NCBI RefSeq assembly: GCF_009834535.1
Contig: NC_045697.1
Coordinates: 118,732,001 to 118,796,000 of the forward strand
Direction of reading: 5' to 3'
DNA: 64,000 nt
From: Camelus ferus
Lineage: Eukaryota
The position numbers and the translations under genes were made by a program. Below are positions 1 through 13,070 of this stretch, one piece after another. Under the pieces are notes generated by a model that had not been told where the DNA came from, did not search any database, and was given only the letters and a program-made list of their open reading frames with translations. Numbering within the stretch: the first letter of the stretch is position 1; each line of letters starts with the position of its first letter.

Positions 1-758
1 AATGACACCAAACCCTTTCTAAGCAAGAAGTCCCAAATCACCCTGGATTTTCATCTCTGATAAAAGACTGCATGACGCCCCCGAGCCAGCCTTCTCATTC
101 CCCCCAGCCTAGGGCACTGGGCTGACTTTATAGGAATAGAGCTAAGGTGTTACTTTCTCACCTCTAAGAGGCTAACTGGTATCAACACAATACCATCAAA
201 ATGGCCTTTGGGGGAAAGCTAAATGTCCATCTAAATTAAATCGTGCAATTCTGCATTACCTAAAAGTTTGCTATGGGGATCCACCTTGTGAACTTAATAA
301 CAAATCTTTATTTTGAGCAGTGTCAGAAGAGTTGGAGTTGTACGTGCACCCATGAAAGAGCGTGATTATAAACATCACCAGCTGAAAATACATGTACAAA
401 CACTGTAAGACATTTACACATAAGGACATTTTCAGAAAGTAGTAGCTTCCTGCAGTTATTTCCCTAAGATTGAAGAAGATAAACATATGCCTACTCATTA
501 CTGAGACTCCCAGAAGGCGGTCATTCCCCCAGGCCTCTGTCTCCCTTGCTTCCCTCTTACCATCCATCTGGACATATTTATAAATCCTTCCCTTCTTTCC
601 TCACGTCCTTGTCTCTCTTCTCCTCTTTTCCCGTCCTTCCTTCAGCCACCATTTCCCTCAGGGCCAATTAAGGACAATTTCTTGGGCTTCTCTGTAGGCA
701 ATCACTGTAGAAAAAATAAAAGAAAAAATAAAAAGATCTCTAGAAAATCAGTGACATT

Positions 759-1452
759 TTATGGGGTTCAGGGAAGACCACCCCTTTGGCATACTGATTA
801 TTTTTGAACTACTTAAGAAACAGCCAGTGAAAGAAGATCATTCTGACCTTCCTCTGTCCCCCTGAGAGAAGGAAATAAATCCAGGTGAAAGGTGCCCTCC
901 CTGCCCCAGGAGGTGCACAGGCATCCTGACTGCCAGGGAGGGAATTCAAGGCCGGGAAGGCTGTGTAAACAAACTCAGCTTGGTGTCTTCACTCATTAGT
1001 ACCCAAGCCTCAGTCTCTTGTCTTGTCAGTTCTTTACACATGTGTTGTTTGTCTGAAAAGGTACAATTGTCCCTTGCCATTTACATAGGGATGGGCTCTA
1101 GGCATTGCTGTGTATGCCAACATCCATGGGTGCTTAGTCCCTTAGTGCTGTCAGCCCTCTGTACCTACAGGTTTCCCATCTCAGCCTGCAAACATGGAGG
1201 GCCAACGGTACATTTACTGAAACAACACCGCATATAAGTTGACCCATAGAGTTAAAACTTGTGATGTTAGGGGGTCAATGGTATAAAAGCTGCCTGCTTC
1301 GATCTCTTCTTTGCATCTCATCTTTCCACAAACACCTGGAAGCACAAAATTAAAATTTGATTTTCCTCTGTTGATCTGTCTCATGTCAACCTAGTTATTA
1401 GAACAGCCAGAAGAACCTAGAAGAGTAGAGAAAAAAAATTTCCATCCCCAAG
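759..1452 (+). mobile_element. 5' LTR of the ERV, interrupted by a Tigger-type element
   Basis: Aligns by eye with 5049-5548 once 1064-1281 is removed. It is followed by a PBS-like tggca and an aagtaag donor-like motif near 1545. Confidence 0.8.
1064..1281 (+). mobile_element. MER8/Tigger3-like non-autonomous TcMar DNA transposon
   Basis: Degenerate TIRs (caattgtccct ... gggtcaatgg) and TA target duplication at 1062-1063 and 1282-1283. Internal motifs resemble the MER8 consensus as recalled. Absent from the sister LTR. Confidence 0.8.
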
Positions 1453-4400
1453 AGTTGGCATCGTCACCTTCACTGGCTGAACACTGTCACCCCTGAGGCT
1501 GACGCAGCTGGAGGATCGGGGCCTTGTGACAAGCACTGGCAGAAAGTAAGAATTCTCGCCAAATCCATCTCCTGAATCTGTGCCTGCGGGACCTGATGGA
1601 AATCAGAGTAGTGAGAACCTTTTTTCCCCCCCTCTTTTTCTAAATTTAGATTAGCAGGAGAAAAATATTCGCGGAACAAGTTTCTTTGGCACAGCAACTC
1701 CAGTGAAAATTTGGTTTTGGTTTGAGGACTCTTATTTTCAATTGATCATTTTCTTCCCAGAGATAGTCACTGTTTTGCTTTGTTGTGTCATTTGTCATAA
1801 GGAGGGAAACCATAGGATGAGGTTTTCCTTTTGCCTTATTCTTTGTCTCGAGAGCCTGGCTCTGTGACCGGTGAGAAGACTCTCTCCGTTCCCAGCGAGC
1901 CCGGAGCCGCACACGCCGGTGTTAAGTAGGCTGGAGTTCAGGGACACAGGGTTACGCACAGCTCTCTCTTTGTCTGGGCATGCCAGCTCTCCCGGGAGTT
2001 TGTCACGTAGGGTCCCAGTCCATGGGGGACCTCTGTAGACTTCACTGCTTTGTTACTGCCAGAAAGGTCCCGTTCCAGTAACCGCTGCCCAGGGTCAGGG
2101 AGGAGCGGGTGTGCGCATTTCACGTTCCCATGGGAGATGGGGACCTTTCCACTACACTATTTTTACCACCTGTCTAACAAAGGCGTTTGATTTCTTCAGC
2201 TATTTTGGGAGTGAAATCTATGGGTCTTGCGTTGCGGTCTCTTGCGACCCCCTCTTGGGTCCGCGGTAAAGCCATAAAAAGGCTTATTAGTTTCAGCCGC
2301 TATTGAGACTAGCAGATCCTACTTGTCAGTGGCCAGATGACAGACCCTTTGAGCTGACTATATTTCAAAGAAGGAAAACAAAAATTTTAGAGAGTTTTCA
2401 TCCTCAAAAATTATCTTATTGGAAGGAAAGACCAAATTAAAAAGAGGACAGAAAGAAATGTAACAGCTTAGCCTCAGGAAACCTCTTAACAAGATGAAAC
2501 AACAGAAATAAAACTCAGAATAAAATTAAAGTCCGCATCCAACATAAATTCCTCTTCTTCAAATCTGAGCCCATCTTGTAAGCAAATTCCTTGAAGTCCT
2601 TCATGTTCCCTGAAAAATACAGCAAACTCCCAGCTGCTTATTTTAACTTGCCTTTCCCTACAAGATTTACAGAGAGCACTGCAGCCTAGCCTTCAGACCT
2701 AGGATATATGGGTCACTCATGTAAACACTAGAAGCCGGAAAATAAATTGAACAGAAGCACTCAGAACAGACGATCAGTCTCAAACATAAGGCTTGCTTTT
2801 CTGGCCTCTGTAATCAGGTGCTGCCAGCATCAGGCCTTCGTACGCACTGTCCTTCGTGGATGTGTCTTAGACCCCACCACGAAGGATCTGTGTCCCCTGG
2901 ACAGCAACAGATCCTTTCAATTATAAAGCCCCTTTACTTCCACTTTCAGGAGAGTCTGCCAAATATAGAGAGGTCAAGAAAAAATAACCCACAAAATTTC
3001 ATCCTTTCTCTGTCCCTTGAAGTTGTGAGATTTACCATATTTTTGAAATATAATTATATATATAAACACTGTGGCTCACATTTGCCTGAGACTGATCCTG
3101 GCTAGCTCAATCAGTGAAGCTGGAGGCAAAAAAAAAAAAAAAAAAAAAAAGGAAAAGTGGCTTTGTAAGAATACAAACTGCTGGAAAAGCTCTTTTCCCC
3201 AAAACCTAGTTAACAGCCTCCTTTAGGTTACATTTCAAAGACGAATGCAAATCTTGAAAGTATTCTCCACCAACAGTAAAACCCTTTAGCCATCTGAATG
3301 GGTAAACTTAACTTATTCCAACTGTTACTTATAAATGAGTGAGTTTTATATTGTTATACTTTGTGTCTGTCTGTCTGTCTGTATGTCTGTGTGTGGACAT
3401 CATAGTTATGGTACTTTTCTACCTCTGGACTTTATTGCCAATATTAATTTATCAAAGAGCTCTATTTAATTCACTTAAAAATAAGCACTTAGGAATTAAG
3501 TATTTCTAACTTTCAGAAATATAATAGAAACAAACTCAAATGTTTTTGAAATTCACATTGTGTGATCATTTTCAGTAAATAAAAAGTAATTTAAGTTTGT
3601 TGGTTTAATTAATACAGGCATGCCTTTACAGTAACTGACACGAAGTATAATTCTTTCTACCTCGATTTACTAAAAGTCAAATAAAATTTGTTACTTCTGT
3701 TACAAAATTTGTCTGTAAGAAAATAATATGATGGGCTAACTGCTTTAGTACTTCATAAAATGCTCATGAGTATGAGTGTTAAAAATAAATGAATTACCTA
3801 GATGCAAGTAAGATATGAGTTTTAAGGTAAATTTTTTAGCAATGATTGTTTTATGATATATCTGCTTAGTTTCCCAAACCTCTTTGGTAACTTCCACTTT
3901 TAGAATTTTGCTGATTAAGTTAAATGATAGGAATGAACTGAAAGTCTAGATTATTTCCAAATAAGATAAGAGACTGAAATCTTAATTGTTAAAAAGTCTA
4001 AGTTTACCAACTTTTGACCTCTTGTTACAGAGACTACAATGGTTGGGTCTCTTAGTAAACACAGCTTATGCCACGTTGAAAAATTGCTCTATGAGGAAGT
4101 ATATGTATCTAAAAGTTATAAAATATAACCATAAATTTGCTAATATAAAGAATGCTGGTATAGAAAGAATTGTGAGTTTAAACTGCTTACTTCTTAGATT
4201 TCACTAGAAATTAAACTTTTAAGGGTTAAAGAATTCTGATTAATATATGGAATTATAATTATTAGAACTAATCAGAGAAACTTAACTGTGTACACAAAAA
4301 GAAAAGTAGAATACATATTTTTGACAAGAAAAGGTAGAATGGAGATGCATGTTTGTTGAGGAAAGAGAAAGTAATTTTGTCCTAAAGTAGAGTTTACTAT

Positions 4401-5048
4401 TTCTGAATAAGCGAAAAACAAGGGACACACCAAAATGGACAGAAACATGTATAGAAGGCTTGTGAAAAAGAAGTCTTGGGAAAATCATTTCACATGTGAT
4501 CAAGCTGGGCAAGATTGAATAAATGTATTATAAAGGTTTTAAAAATAAGCTTTAATATTGATAGTGTACTTACATGAGTACTTAATTTTCTTTCATCTGC
4601 TAAAAGAACAAAATTTTCTTGGACTACTGGTCTGCTGCTGTCACTCATTTGCCTCAACTTGCCATCGAAGCTGTTGATAAAGTTATGCCCAAGCACAAAC
4701 TGGAAGTTGAAGACATATTATCTGGTCCCTTCAGATGAGTTTTGCTGCAGTATTGGCTCTTGGGGCCTCAAACATAGCAATCAGATTGAGTTATTGGTAT
4801 AATGATACCTTAAAATGTGCCATGTTATCAGGTAATTAATTAGGTTGGTTGGCTCAGGAGTTAACCTGCCATGAATAAATGTTATGAATCACGACCATTT
4901 AACTAAACTGACCTATTCTCAGGACCAAGAGGCTGGCTCAGTGAGATACAGGACAATCTATTAACCCATCTGCTAATCTAATTCTTGCTTCACAGCCACC
5001 AGTCCAACATGTAATCATGAAACTCAGGGAAGTTCCAAAAGAGGAAAC

Positions 5049-5548
5049 TGATGAGGTTCAGCAAATGCCAACGCAAAGTACTCCACTTTGGCAAATTGAT
5101 TATTTTGGATTCAAGTTACTCAAGAATCACTCAGTGTAAGGAGAAGAATCTGCCCCTCACTTGTGCCCCCCTGAAAGCAGGAAATACATCTCCCATGTGG
5201 AAGACAGACTCCCTGCACCAGGAGGAGGCAGAGCAACATCCTTATTGCTGGAGGTGGGAAGTCAGGGCCAGGAGGCTATGCAGACAAATTCTGTTTAGTT
5301 TCCTCACTCATTGGTGCCCAAGCCTGATTCTTTTTGTTTCGTCAGTTCTTCACAAATTTATTGTTTCTTTAACTAAAAGTTATAAAAAGCTGCCTGCTTT
5401 GGTCATTTCTTTGAGTCTCATATTTCTGTAAACTCCTTTAGTGAAGAAAATAAATTTGATTTTCTCCTCTTAACCTATGCCATGTCAATTTAATTATCAG
5501 CCAGAAAAATCTAGAAGAGTAGAGGAAAGTTTTTTTCTTCCCAAAGCA
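5049..5548 (+). mobile_element. 3' LTR of the ERV
   Basis: TG start, uninterrupted tataaaaagctgcctgct TATA region, aataaa near 5449, and homology to the 5' LTR. Confidence 0.8.
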
Positions 5549-7032
5549 TTTAAAGGTCCTGGAGAAGATGGTGAAGTATACATACACATAGATACAGGTA
5601 TCTTTAGTATAATTCAAAATGATTGTATTTTTTAATAGTAGGCTAATGGTTTCAATAATTTACATACATTTTATAGCAAAAGGTGAAATGAGTTAGGGAA
5701 TACTGTTTGTGCAAAACAGGTTTTGCTTTCTCCAGGTTAGAAAGCACTGTTTATTTTTCATCAGTGAGAAGTCTGGTGGCAGTTTCCAGTCCTAGCGTCC
5801 TCTGGCTGTAGAGGTCCACTGCACGGCTGGTCATGGTACCAGCTGGAAATGTGTGGTTACCAGTTCAGGGAGCCTCCCATGGATCGCATCCTTCTCACTG
5901 TCAATTTGAGCATTAAAATGTCTCTGAGGACAGCAACCTTCTAAAATGAAGTCTGTGATAAAGGAGAGGAACTGCTCTCAGAAACGCTGCCATCTGAAAT
6001 ACTAAATTCTCCTGGGGGCAAGCTAGAGAAACCTTCCCTTAGTTAAAAAAAATAAAATAAAAATAAAGAGGTAGCTAACAAATTAGATGTTCAAGGCAAC
6101 TAACACTCATACTTATAGGTGCATGAATGCTAGGCTGTGAATGAAAGCTTATAATTTTGGTACCAGCTCTCCAGAGGAGAGACTAAACACAGACAATTAC
6201 AAATGAAAAAAATATATACAGAGAATCCATTTCTGGATTTAAAGATATGTGCATTCAAAGCAGTGGGAAAGCTAGCAAGAGAAATAGTCTGTCCAGAAAG
6301 GCTCCTAGAAGAATGCAAACACTTGTTGAGAAAGGGCTTCAAATTTAGAACCTAAACGTATCTTAAAAATATTTAGTCCACACTTCCATGTTTTAGATAT
6401 GGAACTAAAGAAGTGATGTGAATTTAACAAAGACACAAAATTCGAACAGGGGAGAACTGCACTGAAACTTGGATCTCCAAGGATGTATTCAGAGGTCTTT
6501 CCACACAACAAACATTCTTTTCTGCAGGCACTTAATGAGGGCGTAAAATATGGATGGCAATCGATGACTGGGGCATGTAAAGATGGATCTTCACCCAAAC
6601 AGCTTCTGTTACAGGAAGAAGATGCCATCTGAAGAGATTTCCTAGCACAGTATCAATGGTGTGTGTCATAAAGGGAGAAAAATGGAAGTTCCAGTACATT
6701 AAACACAGCCTTCGAGAACTGGCAAGTGGTCAGCGAGTTTATGACCTGAGAGTTTTGTTGCTGATGATGAGGATGAAGTTTAAAAATATAAAAAGTCAAC
6801 GTTCTTTGGTTCTGACCACATCTGACTACAAATTATTCAGCCATATGTTTCCTTTATCTTTCGTGAATTATTTGTTTCTCCTTTACCTTATTAACTTATA
6901 ATACGTTAATGTTCTAATTATGAATTTAATTTATACAATGACTTTTGTATTTCTTGATACTGCCCTGATATATTCCCACTGAAAAGTGAATCTAGTAAAA
7001 CAATTATGAGAGGTTTTTTACATGAAGTACTC

Positions 7033-7960
7033 TGATACTGGGATTTATAATGAGAAATGTATATTTGGTCTTCTTGATTCTGACACAGAGCTTCTAAAAC
7101 CCTTGGAGTTTACTAAGTGATGAAATTGAAAAAAGGTGTCTTTTGTTATGTTAGTGGGGTGGTGACTTGAATCTCACCTAAACATGGGGTCTGGGGCCAG
7201 GAGACCCAACCAAGCGATTAGAGGATTGAAATTTTCAGTCCATCCCTCCAAGCTCCAGGGTGGAAGAAGGGCTGGAGGTTGAATTAATCACCAATGTCCA
7301 AAGATCAAATCATTTCCCCTATGTAACAGAGCCTCCATAAAACCCCGAAAGGACAGCACTTGGAGAGCTTTGGCTGGTGAACGGGTGTGGGATTGGGAAG
7401 GCTGGTGAGCTCAGAAACGGCATTAAAAACTCTATACCATTTCCAATGTTGTGTCACATTCCAGCGTAGAGCACAATTTTTCAGTTATACGTGAACATAA
7501 ATATATTCATTGACACAACATTGTAAAATGATTATAAATCAATAAAAAATGTTAAAAAATTAAGTGATTAAACAGTGAAAAAACAAAAACAAACAAACAA
7601 ACAAATTCTACACCATTTCCCCACACTTTGCTCTAGACATCTCTTCCATCTGGCTGTCCCTGAGGCATGTGTTTTTTTTTGTTTTGTTTGTTTGTTTGTT
7701 TGTTTGTTTTGTTTTTAATAACAAACCAGAAATCTTGGAAGTAAAACGTTTCTCTGAGTTCTGTGAGCTGCTCTGGCAAGCCAAACCAAAGGAGGGGATT
7801 GTTGGAACCTCCAATCTTTATAGCCAATTGATTAGAAGCACAGGAGAAAACCTGGGCTTGTGATTGACATATGAAGTGGGGGAGGATAAGCAGTCATGGG
7901 GACTAGGTGTCAGAGAATCGCTTGGTGGTGGCCTCCCCACTCAGTTTGGATTTGGGTGCA
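7033..7960 (+). mobile_element. MER21-like solo LTR
   Basis: tgatactgggatttataatgagaaatgtatatttggtc...tgacacagagcttctaaaacccttggag resembles the MER21 5' end. Interrupted by a short L1 insertion. Confidence 0.7.
7445..7602 (+). mobile_element. Very short, 5'-inverted young L1 3' end
   Basis: Antisense L1 3'UTR piece (7445-7510) fused to the sense terminal piece, aataaa and an A-rich tail. An 18-bp TSD flanks it: aaactctataccatttcc / aaattctacaccatttcc. Confidence 0.8.
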
Positions 7961-9085
7961 AAAGTTTAAATACTGTCACTGAAACCCAAGCACATGCAGT
8001 GTGTTGTTCCTAACTGAAAATTAGCTGTCAACAATATGATAAATTCTAAATTTGTTTAGTAGATTACAAAAATTAAGTGAGACTTGAAAGGAATCAGTGA
8101 AGGAAGTTAAATATGTACCAAGAAGTTTAGGGATTATTTGGAAATGTCATTTATGTTAAATGCTTTCCTTTGTTATCTTAAAGGAGTAATGGAGAGAGGA
8201 AAGCTGTATAGTTTTATTAAAATGTAAATTTCTATCACAATGAATCCCAGATGTAATTTTATTGGAAATTTCACAAAATATAAAGGAAAATCATGTCTTC
8301 ATTTATTTCTCTTCTTGTAATCAACATGTCCCTTCCTTTTTTCTTCCCAGTCATCACAAATTATCCCCATCAGTATTCATAAAAGCTCAGGCCCCTAGAA
8401 AATTCTGGGAGGTGTTCATTTTAAAGCATTTTCCTAAAGCATGTTCTTTTCACATGTCAGTATGATAGATAGAAATGGTTCTTTTTGATTGTTCAAAGTC
8501 ATGGAAGACAATCTGTTATGTACTCTATTTTATATTAAAATCCAGCAGGCATTCTAGGACATTTATAGTGTCTATTAATCTAAAATCTAAAACAATGCAG
8601 TACTAACAATAACAAAACAGAAAATGAACAAAAATTCTAAAGAAAACAAAAAAATGCTAAAACAACTTTAAAAATAGTACTTATGAAAAGCCTTTCTTAT
8701 AAGTTGAATTTCCTCATCTGTCTTCCACAATCCGTAACTGAATTGGGGAAAAAAAAATAACCAATTTAATTTTCCAAAGTTGGGTGGAAAATCACAAGGA
8801 ATATTCTGGTTGCCATCTGTAGTTTAATGGCCAAAAAGTCTATTTTAAAATGCTAAATTGCACAGTTTTTCTGTAGAGCTGTCTGGGGTTCTGCATTCCA
8901 AACTGATAAGACTAGATACCATACAAATATAAAACAGTTGCTTCTAAAATGTGTCTGAAAAATACGGTGTTTTTAATGGTATTGGTGATAGTCCTTGATC
9001 TTTTTCAATTTAGTCTATTGAATGTTAACATACAGCAGGGATTGTAAACATGGAGAAGCAATTTGACCTCCCTTATTTCTGCAGC

Positions 9086-9555
9086 TGTATGCAGGGTGGC
9101 CATAACAAAGTGCCATAACCTGGGTGACTTAAAAGACAAATTTATTCTCAGAGTTCTGGAGGAGAGCACCCCAAGATTAAGGCGTCAAAGGCATCAGTGG
9201 GTTGTTTCCCTGTGAGGGAAAGTTTGTTCATGCCTCTCATGCAGCCTCTGAGGGTTTGCTGGCCATCTTTGGATTTCTCTAGCTCGTAGAAGCATCACTC
9301 CATCTCTGCCTTCATCTTCACAGGATGTCACTGTGTGTGTGCATGTCTGTGACCAAATTTCCCTTTTCTATAAAGACACCAGTCACATTGAAGTAAAGGT
9401 CCACCCTGCTCCAGTATGACCTCATTTTAACTTTACTAGTTATACCTGCAAAAATCCTACCAAAATTGGGTCATATTCTGAGGTACTGAAAGTCAGGACT
9501 GCAACATATGAATTTGGGGTGGGGGAGAGGGTTAGACACAATTCAACCCACAGCA
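9086..9555 (-). mobile_element. MaLR (MLT1) solo LTR
   Basis: Typical MLT1 motifs ggccataacaaagtgccataa, aatttattctcagagttctggagg and acacaattcaacccacagca. Confidence 0.8.
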
Positions 9556-10569
9556 CTTCCCATGGAGAAGGAAGGAAGTGTGAAAATTCATATTGAAACA
9601 TAAAAATAATAGGTTTTCAGTTTAAATCCCAGTCAGGTGATCATGTTTGCAATGTAGAAGCCAAAGTATGAGGTGTACTCATTTACCTAAAGAAACTTAG
9701 ATTTCAGTATTTTCAATATTTTGGAAGGTTAAATGGTTAATAAAAAAAAATATTTGTTGACACAACATTGTAAAATAACTATAACTCAATAAAAAAAAAA
9801 GGTTTAAAACAAAACAAAACAAAATTTGTTTATTTGTAGATAAAGAAATGTTGTTTTCCAAAACATTTTTTCTTAGTTCGACTTTATTGTTAACTCTTTA
9901 ATTCTTTGAAAATTAGATATGATTTAGAGTTTTGATGCCAGGGATATTCAGGATGTGGTTCAGCGTACAAAATTAAGTCTTGATTTGTCATTATTTTATT
10001 AAAGTAATAAAAACAGAAAATTTATTCTTTGCAACATGTATTTTTTGCCAAAATTTACCTAAACTAAAAGGCAGTACATAGTAAAATTTTAAAATATGCA
10101 CAACAACCAAATAGACTTTGGAAAAATCTCTCCTAAAGAATCAAAATTTCTTAAACATGAAGAAATTTATTGTAGTATTTTTCATAGCAAAAAATCTGGA
10201 AAAATCTAAATTATCATTAAGAAAGGGCTGTTTGAATAAATTAAGAAATACCCACCCTATATAATATTAAACAACTATTAAAATAAAGATTTATATTCAC
10301 ATTTGTTGATCTGGAGTGATGCCCAATATATATCTTAAAGTTAAAAGAAAAAAAGAAAGAAAATTTCCAAGAAATGTGTATTGCATGATGCAACATTTAT
10401 TTAAAAATGTTTTTTCACATATGTGCCAATGTGTTTCTGCATTGGCACAAAGAAATATGTGGAATAATAAATACAAAGTGGTAAATATCAGTTATGTCAG
10501 GGGCCTGGGGTTCAAACAGTAAAGATAAAATCATTAATAGTGCTCCCTAAGAACATTCTCTCACATTAC

Positions 10570-13070
10570 CAAAGAAAAAACCAAGTTGGAAAATACACAG
10601 ATACACTACTATGAATCCACAGGCCTTATTTCAACTTTGTCAGTTGTCTAAAGATGGTCTATAGAGCTGTTTCCCAGTCAAGAATCCAATTCACAGTCAC
10701 ATGTTGCATTTTATTGTCATTATCTCTTTAGTCTGCTTTTAGATATTTCAACAATTGTGTTTGCTTTCTTTCTCTTAACAGTTTTGAAAAGTGTAGATCA
10801 GTTATTTTAAAGATTATTTCTCAGTTTTTTCCCCTGATGATTCCTGATAACCAGATTCAGGAATTAATGCTGTGTTGCTTTCTGGGCATCATATCAGCAA
10901 GCACTTGGATCAGTTTGGTGTTATATTGCCATCCCAGTGTGGTGATGTTAACCTTGATCACCTTGCTAAGGTGGTCTCCTCCGCTAGGATTCTCAACCAT
11001 AATTTAACTGTTTTCTCCTATGCAGTTAATAAGTCATTTCTAGGGAGATATTTTAAGGCTATGTAAAAATCTTATCCTTTATTAATATTTTTGTTTATAG
11101 CAATTTACACTTAGACTCTTGTTTTATTCAATAGGTTAAAATTTATTATCTTCAATTGGTCAATATTGTTCAGCTCTGTTATACCCTTGCTGATTTCCTA
11201 CTTTTTTTTGTACTATAATTTTCCATCACTTATGGAGGAAAGAGTGCAAAATATTCAAATGTGTTTGTTAAGTATCTCTGTCTCTCCCTTTATCTGGTCC
11301 ATTTGCCTTTGTATCTTGAAGCTCTGTTATTACGGGCAAATGTATCTATCATGGTTATGTCTTCCTGACAAATTACCCTCCTGTGATTATAAAATTTCCT
11401 ATTGACCTATTTTAATAGTCTGATTTTTCTGACATTAATCAAAGCTACTCCTGCTTTCTTATGCTTACTGTTCCATGGCAGCTATTTTTCCATTCTTTTA
11501 TTTTAAACTGTTTCCTTTTACACAAAATTCATCCTTTGTTTAACATAAAGGTGGGCATTGTTTTGCATCCAGTCTGAATACCTTGCCTTTTAATTGTAAT
11601 GTTTATTCTATTTACAGTCAATGTAACTATTCATTGGTTGGATTCTGGTTTACTACCTTGCTATTTGTGTTCTATTTGTCCCTTTTGGCTTTTGTTCCTG
11701 TATTCTTCCTTTTCTGCTGTTTCTGAGTTAATCAAATTTTTTGCACTCTGTTTAATTTATTCTATTGGCTTTTTAGCAATAATTCATCATATTTTTATAG
11801 TTAACACTATACTAATTTACAAAAATTAAAAAATATTGAACCAGTGTAGCTGCACTTACATTTTTCCAATTCTGCATTGAATTACTGCCATGTATTATTC
11901 ATCTGCATGTGTTATAAGTCACATTATACAATATTATACATTTTTATGTTTATAGTATGTTGACTTTTTTAAAAAGTAAGAAAATATAAAAAAGATATAT
12001 ATATATTTATTTTTACCATTGGTAGTTCTTTTAATTTCTTCCTGTAGATTTCAGTGTTCTAGTAGTGTCATTTATTTATTTCTTTTTAGCCTGAAAACCT
12101 TCCTGTAGCATTTATTCCTTTTCTTTGAAAATGTCCACAGGTCACACTCTGGTCATATATAGTCTTTTTCCTTTCTTTTCTTCAGATTGGATAATTTCTA
12201 CTGATCTATCATTAAGTTCACTGGCCTTTTCTTATGCCTTCTTCAATCTGCTGTTAATCTTATCAAATAAACGTTGCACTTGGATATTGCAATTTCAGTT
12301 CTAGAATTGCCATTAGGTCATTTTTTATAGTTTCAGTTTCACAGATGACATTTTGTATCTGTTTATTCATCACAATCCTATCATTCTTTGTGTGCCTGAT
12401 CATATTTACAGCAGCTATTTTAAAGTTCTTTTCTGCTAACTACAACGTCCGTGTTGTCTCAGTTTTGGATTCTATTCAGTGCTTCTCTTGATGTTGGTTC
12501 TCATTTTCCTGTTTGTTTTTATGTCTGGCATTATTTTATTTCATGCTGGATGTTTTGGATGGCATGCTATAGAGGATATAGGTTCTATTTTTCCTCTGAT
12601 GAATACTGATTTTGTTACAGAAGGCAACTAAATTTGCTGGACTCGAGGAAGTTTTTAAATGTAGTTTATGCATGGCTTTCTTCCTTCTAAAATTTCCCCT
12701 CAATTTATAGCTATTTTGCCATTTCTGAACTCAACTTTCTGAATCCTAAGGCCAGTAAGACTGTGGCTTTCTAAATGAGATATAGTCACCCAATGTATGA
12801 ATTCAAGTATGATCAAATAAAAAGTCATATAAATAAAAAACACCTGCTTCTGTTCCTTTTATCAAGGCTTGAATCATCTGGTCCATTTTCCTCCTGGTTT
12901 TAGTCTCTCTCCAGTCTTACAGTTTATATCTATCTATCTATCTTTATTAAACCAATTTATTTATTCTCTATTGAATAAAGGCAAGTAATTATTATCTCTG
13001 TGTTTTTATCAATAATTTATAATTATTAACTTTGGGAGAGAAATCTTATATAATCTGCTTTATCATTAAG
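10570..13070 (-). mobile_element. Old L1M fragments
   Basis: T-rich antisense L1-like sequence, e.g. gaagctctgttattacgggc, aagctactcctgctttcttatgcttactg and cttcagattggataatttctactgatctatc. Confidence 0.6.

Larger units (their letters stand above)
759..5548 (+). mobile_element. Two-LTR non-autonomous ERV1 (MER4-group-like) provirus remnant
   Basis: Two homologous LTRs share start (ttatggggttcag at 759 / tgatgaggttcag at 5049) and end (ctagaagagtagag...tccca). A purine-rich PPT-like tract precedes 5049. A possible 4-bp TSD is CATT at 755-758 and 5547-5550, or TTTA; the register is ambiguous. The interior is AT-rich with no recognisable gag/pol ORF. Confidence 0.8.

Noticed and set aside
1453..5048. 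ERV gag/pol/env coding regions
   Set aside because: No long ORF or recognisable retroviral motif; the interior is AT-rich and non-coding.
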